Of a stretch of 14,251 nt of DNA, positions 7,368 through 14,251 are shown piece after piece. The notes below the pieces were generated by a model. That model saw nothing but the letters and a program-made list of their open reading frames with translations. It did no database searches and was not told where the DNA came from. The stretch is taken from positions 1 to 14,251 of the forward strand of contig JBBQRQ010000120.1 of the NCBI GenBank assembly GCA_038214755.1, written 5' to 3'. Position 1 is the first letter of the stretch, and every line of letters starts with the position of its first letter. The translations under genes and the position numbers were made by a program. The DNA is from Verrucomicrobiota bacterium. Its GTDB lineage: Bacteria > Verrucomicrobiota > Verrucomicrobiia > Limisphaerales > CANJXF01.

Positions 7368-8061
7368 TTAGGGGGTTGCAACGTAAGAATCTTTAGTTAT
7401 TGCCTCCAGTATTTGATCGATAGCGTGGTCAAGGCGGGAGAACGAACGAAGCCTTTTGTTTCGCACAACGCCAAGGTCAAGTAGTTCCGTTAACGCTCCT
7501 TGATCTCGACGAGGGCGGTAGCCCGGACAGTTTTTTTCTAACCATCGTTTTCCGTGAGATTCAGGGTTATGGGTTGGAAGTGTGACATCATGTGACAAAA
7601 CCGGACGTCCATCCCTGAAGGATTTGCCTGCCAATGATTCTGCTCCGGCAATTATCCAGCTTTCGTATTCGACACACGCGAATACCACCGCCAGCGAAAA
7701 TTTTTTTCCTGCACCAATTTGAGCAGCAGCGGCAACCATAGATTTTGCTGCGGTCGCCGCACAAAAAGGGGAACTCGCGCCAGCGGGAAATTTATCAGCG
7801 TCGCCATCAAAAACAGCCAGTATGCCGCCAATATTGCGACGGCATGCGGCAATCCTTATATATCGGAGCCATTCTTTATAATCCGATTGCTTCTGCTCCT
7901 TGTTCCATTTGACAAGCCCCAGCGGATTGCGCGTCCGTATGATTTCGTCATCAACAAAAAGTTTTTGTTCGGAATCTTTTTCACGGAGGAGTTTCCGTGC
8001 AAGAACCGGCAAAGCAGAGATTTCGCCCATGGCCTTCGCCAAGGATGACGAGACGCTTCAT
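7368..8061 (-). CDS. DUF4276-like / TOPRIM-fold protein, frame-disrupted by one extra base near codon 12
   Basis: ATG at 8061 overlaps the ATPase stop (ATGA) and reads MKRLVILGEGHG. Deleting one base of the ccc run at 8026-8028 joins this to the long ORF (EISALPVLARKLL...FDGDAD...VEYESWIIAG...RSFSRL). The span 7368-8061 is 694 nt, i.e. 3n+1. Confidence 0.75.
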
Positions 8062-9245
8062 GCGGCTTTTCCTGCGGGCAGATCGTTCTCTAATTTCGGC
8101 TGTTCAATTGTTAGCAAGTCGCCGGTTGTGAGAAGATGATCTTTAACCGCGTCGCGTTGTTCTTTTGAAACCGGTCCCACTAGAGTTTTCCCATCCTGCA
8201 TTTCGACCACTCGTACGTTATCTACATCGAAGGAATCGAGGAGCGTCGGATTGTGCGTTGTGATGATTACCTGACCGCGATTTTCCCGCGGTGCTGCTTT
8301 GAATTCATCCGCAAGCAAAGATAATGCCCCCGGAAAAATTGCGTTTTCAGGCTCTTCAAAAATTAAAGTGAGTTTGGGCGGGGTTTGATAAAGGGCAAGA
8401 AGGTGTGCGTAAAACCGCCGGAACCCATCGGACTCTTGCTGAAGATTCAACTCAAACACACGCCCAACAGCCTCATGTCCCACGACTGCACGGTTTGGGT
8501 TTGTCAATGAATCCAGTTCAATTGACGCAATAGACCGATTCACCGATTGGAGCGATGCCAAAAGGCTCTTTCGAATATTTGGATGATGAAAATCTTGAGT
8601 GATGCCACGTATAATATGAAGATAATTATGGGCGCTATCAGATAATCCGGGGATGGTTTGTAGAAATTGCGTCCTAGGATCGTGCGCAGTTGCCTCACCT
8701 AAAGTTGAGGCAGGGAAATGATAGTAGCCCATTCCTGTGGACAAGCCGGCATAAGCGAAAACAACTTTTTGCAAAGATGGAAAACTACTGATTACCGGCG
8801 TATCCAGTTGAGACGGGAGGACTGCAACTTCAGGAGCTTTCTCCCATTGCCAAGTCCGATTGTCCAAACGATGGCGAGAGAAAATCACTTCTTTGCCCAA
8901 AAGCAAGCGTTCGGCTGTAAGTATTATTTGACTTGGATAGTTGCTTTGACCCTCTGTCCCGAACGCAATCCGATAATTGTATTCCAGTTCCTCACCTGGC
9001 AGTGAGAAGGTAACTTCGATAGAAGTTTTTGGCTTCTTTTCACCTACTGGAACAATACGTTCCCATCCCCATTCGTAACTAACTGCTTGCGCTTGATCGA
9101 GCAGGAGGTTGCGAAGAAACCTTAACGCCTGCACAAGATTCGATTTTCCAGTGCCACTTCGACCTACCAAAATTGTGACAGGATCAAGAGTCAAGTCGAG
9201 TTCACGAATGCTCTTAAAATCGCATATTTTGATCCGTTTTATCAT
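8058..9245 (-). CDS. ABC-type ATPase (AAA_21/AAA_15-like, defence/TA-associated)
   Basis: MIKRIKICDFKSI start, Walker A GRSGTGKS, signature-like ESDG, Walker B LIFEEPE and H-loop ITTHNP. No transmembrane partner nearby. Confidence 0.9.
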   Translation of the reverse strand: MIKRIKICDFKSIRELDLTLDPVTILVGRSGTGKSNLVQALRFLRNLLLDQAQAVSYEWGWERIVPVGEKKPKTSIEVTFSLPGEELEYNYRIAFGTEGQSNYPSQIILTAERLLLGKEVIFSRHRLDNRTWQWEKAPEVAVLPSQLDTPVISSFPSLQKVVFAYAGLSTGMGYYHFPASTLGEATAHDPRTQFLQTIPGLSDSAHNYLHIIRGITQDFHHPNIRKSLLASLQSVNRSIASIELDSLTNPNRAVVGHEAVGRVFELNLQQESDGFRRFYAHLLALYQTPPKLTLIFEEPENAIFPGALSLLADEFKAAPRENRGQVIITTHNPTLLDSFDVDNVRVVEMQDGKTLVGPVSKEQRDAVKDHLLTTGDLLTIEQPKLENDLPAGKAA

Positions 9246-9387
9246 AGATGAATTTCATTACGGCCATTGTCCAATTTCCCGTAAAAAACGATTGCTGGAT
9301 ACGTCCATTTTAGAACCGTGTCGAGAGTTTTGGTGGAAAGCGGCCTCACCGAACGGGTGGCTGCGAGAATGCGTCGCGGACGCCGCG

Positions 9388-10782
9388 CTAAAATGAAAAC
9401 TGCGTTCGCCCGAGAAAAACTTTTTCATCCTGCGCCGGAACAGAGCCGGCCGCGTTGTTGCCGCCGCCAAAATAACTCTGCGAATAATCAAAATTGAATT
9501 TCACATTTTTGTTCAAATACCAGTTCAGCCCAATTTCCCACGCGGTAATTCTCTGCGCGGAACTTGAAGTCGCGACGAATGGAAATGCGCTTTTGTCAAT
9601 CGAGAGTTCGCCGAAGCGCGCCGCGATTTCCCACGCGCCCCATCCACCGCCGCTCAAGCTCAAGGGATGAAGCGGAGTGATGCGGGTGATGCTATTTTTT
9701 TCGCCCGTCAACACGTAAGACACGCCGACATTCCAAGCATCATTCGCCAGCGCGAGCGAGCGAGTCCCAGCGGCCGTGCGCTGAACTTTCACCGAGGACA
9801 AAACATATTCGCCGTAAATTCCGAACGGCCCGAAATAATAATATCCTTGCGGCGCGATTCGCCATTGCTCGCCATTAGCGACCACGTTTGCCGTAGCGGC
9901 GTTGGTGCCGGCCCCACTCCTGTAGGAAAAAAAAGTCTGCCGTCCAGGCGTGACGTAGGATGGAAGTGTTTCAGCGCGGTCTCCGTAACTTCCGCCCACG
10001 CCAAACGCGAGGCCGCGCAATGGTTCAATTTCGGAGTGATGGAAGGGCAGAGAAAAAATTCTCCCGGCAAAATGTTTTCCGCTGTTGGACGTTTCGTTGT
10101 CTCCACTGCCTCCGTCGGCGACGCCGTTGAAAAGACCGAGCGCATAGTTCAATCGCTCATCGAAAAGCTCGCCGTGAATTTGAATTCCCACGTCGCGATT
10201 TGGCGCGAGTTGAGTCGGCAAGCCGCGTTCGACAAACAACAGCCGCGCGTCGGATTCCAAAACCTCCAGACTGACTGGCTCCTTGTATTTGCCGAATTGG
10301 ATTTGGAATTGCGGCCAGTAATGAACGTTCACGAAAGCATCCTGGAGAAAACTATTGTTCCGCGCCGTGCTGGTGATGCCCGAGCCAAAATCGGTGAATA
10401 TTTTATAGTCGTAATATTTATAAACGCTTCCGTCCAAACCCAGGCGCAACCGACGGATCAAAAAAGTATCGAATGCGGGACTGTCGCCTCCGTAAAAGCG
10501 CCCGTCGAACTGGCCGTAGCCAAAAATGTGCAGAGAAAAATTCGTGTCCGCCGAGCGCATGTAAAAACCGTCCGCGCCGGCAGAGACTGTCGCGCTTTCC
10601 TTGGGTTTGGTTTCTGGAATTTTTTCCTGAAACTCATTTTTTTGCTCCAGGATTCTTACTTTCTGACTCAACTCGTCGATCTGTTTGCGTAGCGCGCGAA
10701 TTTCTTCGCCGTTGTCTTGCGCAAGAAGAATTCCCATCGGCCAAAAAGCTATGAGCAAACCGAGAACACATTTTGATTTCAT
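9388..10782 (-). CDS. OprO/OprP-family (phosphate/anion-selective) outer membrane porin
   Basis: Signal peptide and a short coiled coil, then FLIRRLRLGLDG, LQDAFVN, FGKYKEPVSLE, FVERGL, RDVGI, WGAWEIAARF, GLNWYLN and a C-terminal Phe (TQFSF). Confidence 0.85.
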   Translation of the reverse strand: MKSKCVLGLLIAFWPMGILLAQDNGEEIRALRKQIDELSQKVRILEQKNEFQEKIPETKPKESATVSAGADGFYMRSADTNFSLHIFGYGQFDGRFYGGDSPAFDTFLIRRLRLGLDGSVYKYYDYKIFTDFGSGITSTARNNSFLQDAFVNVHYWPQFQIQFGKYKEPVSLEVLESDARLLFVERGLPTQLAPNRDVGIQIHGELFDERLNYALGLFNGVADGGSGDNETSNSGKHFAGRIFSLPFHHSEIEPLRGLAFGVGGSYGDRAETLPSYVTPGRQTFFSYRSGAGTNAATANVVANGEQWRIAPQGYYYFGPFGIYGEYVLSSVKVQRTAAGTRSLALANDAWNVGVSYVLTGEKNSITRITPLHPLSLSGGGWGAWEIAARFGELSIDKSAFPFVATSSSAQRITAWEIGLNWYLNKNVKFNFDYSQSYFGGGNNAAGSVPAQDEKVFLGRTQFSF

Positions 10783-10849
10783 GGTAGGATCAAAGTTGAA
10801 ATGGCTGGGCGGGCGATGAAGCTTCCTTTAGTTTTGATTTCGTTAGTCG

Positions 10850-10918
10850 TGGAGCGCGGACTTTAGTCCGCTTCGTTTCTGCTCTATCGAGTGGATGCGG
10901 ACTGAAGTCCGCGCTCCA
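10850..10918. repeat. REP doublet (GGAGCGCGGAC family)
   Basis: tggagcgcggactttagtccgc (10850-10871) matches its inverted copy (10897-10918) at 21/22, in a divergent intergenic region. Confidence 0.88.
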
Positions 10919-10975
10919 TCTCGAACCGAAATTTACAAAATTCCTTAGCGCATCAGCGTCGGGATGATTTGAACA

Positions 10976-11887
10976 ATGCGAAAATTATTTGTCACGCTTT
11001 TCATTTTTACCGGCGTCATTTTCCAGAGTCGCGGGGCCGAGGAGCGGCCGAAAACCCCTGAGGCCCTGGCGCGCGATGCGGCCATTGCCGCGTTCACCAA
11101 AAAGATGGAAGAGGCCAATTATCCCGCGCTCTTCGAAAAAGCGGCGAAGGAATTTAAGGTGCCGCCGCAAATTCTGGAGGGGATTTCTTTCGCAGAAACG
11201 CGCTGGGAACATTTGACCTGGCCCGACGGAGAAACCGTTTCGCCCGAAAACGGGATGCCGCGTTCCTATGGGATCATGTCGCTCTGGGACAATAAATTTT
11301 TCGGACACAATTTAATTGAGGGAGCGCGATTGATCGGAAAAACGCCGGAGGATTTGAAACGCGATCCACTCGACAACATGCGCGGGGCGGCCGCCTATCT
11401 GCGACAGCTTTACGAAAAGTTGCCCAAGCCAGAGGGCACAACCGAGGGCGATTTGGAAAGCTGGCGTTATGCGATTGCGGAATACACGGGAATTCCGGAG
11501 CCGGACTTGAAACATCAACATGCTTTGAGCGTTTACGAATATTTGGCGCAGGGCTACGGCGAGTACGGAATCAAACTGGAAGCGGCGCCGAATTTGAAAC
11601 TCGAACCGATGCGCGCTGAGGTGAAAAAAATCGTCGAGGAGGAACGCGCCAAAAGAGCGGCGCGATTTGCTGCGGAAAATAAAGAAGCCACGGCTGCGGT
11701 AACTTTCCCCACGCAGACTACCGCAACGCCGACAAAGGTCGAAGCGCCGAAATTCGCGTCCGCCTCTGACACGAAAAGTTTTCCTCCTCAGGAAACGAAA
11801 CCCAGCAACCGAAACGCGAAAATATTGCTTGGAATTTTCGCGCTGGCAGCGGGGTTGATTGTTTTCGCGCGCCGCCGAAAAAATTAA
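10976..11887 (+). CDS. Exported lysozyme-like / SLT-fold protein with a C-terminal membrane anchor
   Basis: Signal peptide; SLT-like motifs FEKAAKEFKVPPQILEGISFAETRW, YGIMSL and DPLDNMRGAAAYLRQL; an A/T/P/K-rich linker; then hydrophobic ILLGIFALAAGLIVFA and basic RRRKN. Confidence 0.65.
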   Translation: MRKLFVTLFIFTGVIFQSRGAEERPKTPEALARDAAIAAFTKKMEEANYPALFEKAAKEFKVPPQILEGISFAETRWEHLTWPDGETVSPENGMPRSYGIMSLWDNKFFGHNLIEGARLIGKTPEDLKRDPLDNMRGAAAYLRQLYEKLPKPEGTTEGDLESWRYAIAEYTGIPEPDLKHQHALSVYEYLAQGYGEYGIKLEAAPNLKLEPMRAEVKKIVEEERAKRAARFAAENKEATAAVTFPTQTTATPTKVEAPKFASASDTKSFPPQETKPSNRNAKILLGIFALAAGLIVFARRRKN

Positions 11888-12231
11888 ACTTTGACCTGGT
11901 CGTTTACCTTCGCTGCAAAAACGAAATCGCTTTCGGTCAGCCCATCCACTTTGTGGGTCCAGAGCGTCAACTTCACTTTGCCCCACGCCAAATAAATATC
12001 AGGATGATGTTGGACGCGTTCCGCCAAGTCACCGACTTTCACGGTGAAGTCGAGCGCCTTGCGAAAATCTTTAAATTTATATTCTCTCTCCAGATGATGC
12101 CCCTTCACCACTTTCCAACCACTGCCCAATTTGTTGGACAGCTTTTTTAGGGCAACGCCTTTGAGCGGCGACGCGCCGCTTTGGCAAGGGACGCAGCCTT
12201 CTTCTGACAATTTTTTCTCTGCTAATTTCAT
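11884..12231 (-). CDS. phhB: Pterin-4-alpha-carbinolamine dehydratase (4a-hydroxytetrahydrobiopterin dehydratase)
   Basis: 115 aa with CVPC, LEREYKFKDF, AERVQHHPDI, LWTHKVDGLTESDFVFAAK. Confidence 0.92.
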   Translation of the reverse strand: MKLAEKKLSEEGCVPCQSGASPLKGVALKKLSNKLGSGWKVVKGHHLEREYKFKDFRKALDFTVKVGDLAERVQHHPDIYLAWGKVKLTLWTHKVDGLTESDFVFAAKVNDQVKV

Positions 12232-12283
12232 AATTCAATTTTGTGTGTTTTTAGTTCCCCTCATGTTTCTCGTCCACCGTCAT

Positions 12284-13717
12284 TTATCTTACTTTCGCCT
12301 CGATGAATGACAACTGCCGCAAAAAACTTTCGCGCACCGCGTCGTCGATGCCCGGCGCGAGTTGCGCGGGAGTGCTCGCCCTCGCGCGATTGGATTCCGA
12401 AACTTCATATCCACCTTCCGGCAGCATTTCGGCGGTGGGCAAATAGCCAACTCCTTCCTGGCAATAACCCCACGGCACAAATTTTTTCCCAGCCAGCCAT
12501 TGCGAAATTTTCGCGCGCCATTCCACGCACGGTTCGCCGCCGAAATAACAGATCCACTGATTTTCCGCCAAACGAATCAACCCCACCGGCCAGGCGTCAC
12601 CTTTGGAAAATCCGTAACCCGAGTCATAGCGTGCCAGCCAATATTCGCTGACGGCGGTAAGAAATTTATTCGTTTTAGCCGCAGCGTCTGATCCCATATT
12701 TTCGTAGAACTCGCGCGCCGGCGGTTTGTCGCGCGGCAGAAAGGGCCGCCCGCCCGCCCCGGCGATATTCAACGTCAGAATTTCGCCGTTCTTTCTTAAG
12801 GCGGACAGAACATCATCGGCCAAATCTTTTCCGGCCTTTTGCAAATCGTCCGGAGTGGAGGTGCGAAAGCGCTTATTTTTTAAATCGGCTACCACCCGGG
12901 GCCGGACGTCACCGGCCAAACCCTGCACAAATTGCGTGTGAACTTTCCCCAGTTTCTCGCGCAAAACGTTTCTGGCCACGCCGGGAAAATCTGCGGAGAT
13001 CGCCGAGAAATTATACCCGTACACAATCACCGGATGACACGCGTAAGAAAAAACTAACGCGGGATCGACTCCATTAGTGGGAGACAGTTTCATCACCCAG
13101 ACTTTCTCGTCAAACGGCCCAGCGGGATCGGGAACGATGGCGCGAACGCCTTGTTTATTTTTTCCGCGCCGATTTATTCCCACGTCCGAAGTGCCTTCGA
13201 AAACCTCGACTTTCACCGGCGTCATCGCTTTGGCCGCAACGCGTGTAGCCGAAATAATTTTTTGCTCCAGTGTTTTAAAATATTCGACTTCGATTTCCGG
13301 CGGAGGACCGACGCCCGCCATCAGACTGCGGATCATGTATGGCCCGCTGTGCGTGTGAGAGGAATTGAGCACGACCAAATCCCACGGCACGCCCAGTTCA
13401 TGCACGATGTCCAGACGGATTTTGTCACTCAATTCGTGGGCGAGACTGATCAGATCAAACGAAACCAAAACGAAGCCGTTCCCATTTGCGTCTTTCAAAA
13501 AAAGCACCTGGGCAAAAAGTGGATCGAGAACTTTTGCCGAAGCGGTCGAAGGCCCGCCACGTCCACCCAAGGCGATGCCAAGCGGCGGCGTGATTTCGAT
13601 TTCCGCCCAACCTGCCGAAGCGGAACGTTCAGGTTTCGACTTAGCAAAGCACGTTTCGGGATTGGGAACGAAAGCAAGAGTCAGCAGAAAAAAATGGATA
13701 AAAAAATATCGTTTCAT
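12284..13717 (-). CDS. Neutral/alkaline ceramidase N-terminal-domain-like exported metallohydrolase (substrate unknown)
   Basis: Signal peptide, AGWAEIEITPP, DPLFAQVL, SHTHSGP, YACHP, ISADFPG, QGLAGDV, GEP, GYLPT and EGGYE. Confidence 0.8.
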   Translation of the reverse strand: MKRYFFIHFFLLTLAFVPNPETCFAKSKPERSASAGWAEIEITPPLGIALGGRGGPSTASAKVLDPLFAQVLFLKDANGNGFVLVSFDLISLAHELSDKIRLDIVHELGVPWDLVVLNSSHTHSGPYMIRSLMAGVGPPPEIEVEYFKTLEQKIISATRVAAKAMTPVKVEVFEGTSDVGINRRGKNKQGVRAIVPDPAGPFDEKVWVMKLSPTNGVDPALVFSYACHPVIVYGYNFSAISADFPGVARNVLREKLGKVHTQFVQGLAGDVRPRVVADLKNKRFRTSTPDDLQKAGKDLADDVLSALRKNGEILTLNIAGAGGRPFLPRDKPPAREFYENMGSDAAAKTNKFLTAVSEYWLARYDSGYGFSKGDAWPVGLIRLAENQWICYFGGEPCVEWRAKISQWLAGKKFVPWGYCQEGVGYLPTAEMLPEGGYEVSESNRARASTPAQLAPGIDDAVRESFLRQLSFIEAKVR

Positions 13718-13994
13718 AATTGTTCGGTTAGTGAAGGTTCGCGAAAAGAATCTCGTCCGCGATAAAATTTATCGGGTCTATGTTGGTCGCGCGGGCATTG
13801 TAATCGGCACTTTCAAATTTCGACCGTTCGATTTGAAGAATCTGTCCAAAGACTAAACTGCGAATTCTGTTTCATGCGATAAAGTTTGTTAGTCCGAAGA
13901 ACTCTGACATCGAATGCTTATTAAAACATTGACATCGTGGAGACAAAGTTTCAGCGTCGATCAAATCCAATAATCCAGAACTAAGTCTTTCTTT

Positions 13995-14251
13995 ATGACC
14001 GAAAGATCTCCGGAGTTTTCTCTGCGTATTGCGGCCTATGGATGCTCTATTGTCCTGGTCTTTTTCGTCTTCGCCGCCATGGGTCAGACGCCGGTAAAAG
14101 TGAACCGCACCGTCCCGAACGTTGCGCCGCCGAAGGCCGGGCTGGAATTCTCGGCCAGCCCGACCACGCAGGAGATTTTCCGTGCGCGGGTGTTCGAAGA
14201 GCCGCTCGTGCCGATTGGCGGCGAGCCGAGCGCGGACGAAAACTCGGCGCT
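13995..14251 (+). CDS. 5' part of a secreted protein, possibly a large RHS/YD-repeat protein; runs off the window
   Basis: Open from ATG 13995 to the window end: MTERSPEFSLRIAAYGCSIVLVFFVFAAMGQTPVKVNRTVPNVAPPKAGLEFSASPTTQEIFRARVFEEPLVPIGGEPSADENSA. The N-terminus is signal-like. The RHS assignment rests only on my recollection of similar N-termini and is unverified. Confidence 0.65.
   Translation, partial: MTERSPEFSLRIAAYGCSIVLVFFVFAAMGQTPVKVNRTVPNVAPPKAGLEFSASPTTQEIFRARVFEEPLVPIGGEPSADENSA

Noticed and set aside
9667..10692. 341-aa plus-strand ORF
   Set aside because: Antisense shadow of the well-supported porin gene, with no recognisable motifs.
1..10918. Palindromic repeats as a CRISPR array or integron attC sites
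   Set aside because: They are dispersed, non-identical and not regularly spaced. There are no cas or integrase genes, and they also flank housekeeping genes.
11884..11887. Convergent genes sharing TTAA stop codons
   Set aside because: Real, but a common compact arrangement with no functional implication.
11312..11986. 224-aa minus-strand ORF and the other short overlapping ORFs in the track
   Set aside because: They overlap better-supported genes on the opposite strand or in another frame and have shadow-like composition.
13728..13910. Minus-strand frame MSEFFGLTNFIA*NRIRSLVFGQ...ANLH with one internal TGA
   Set aside because: No recognisable motif or recoding signal. Most likely chance within a divergent promoter region.

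Overview
This looks like bacterial chromosomal DNA, probably from Verrucomicrobia or the PVC group. That is an inference from the REP palindromes, a short HemA and a secreted protein ending in FFRL. Left to right: two tandem secreted S8 (subtilisin-like) proteases, one with Glu in place of the catalytic Asp plus a C-terminal FFRL domain, the other with an STN/secretin-N-like domain at its N-terminus; a ccsA-like/hemA/hemC heme operon; and a convergent, AT-richer, decaying three-gene cassette. The cassette holds an intact ABC-type ATPase, a TOPRIM/DUF4276-like gene with a 1-nt frameshift, and a DNA methyltransferase relic absent from the ORF track. Next come an OprO/OprP-type porin, an SLT/lysozyme-like protein with a C-terminal membrane anchor, pterin-4-alpha-carbinolamine dehydratase, a ceramidase-like metallohydrolase and the 5' end of a secreted protein running off the window. 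Six REP/REPIN-like inverted-repeat elements and two heptamer tandem repeats lie in or next to intergenic spacers. No rRNA, tRNA, CRISPR array or transposase was seen. All family calls come from motif recognition, not database searches.
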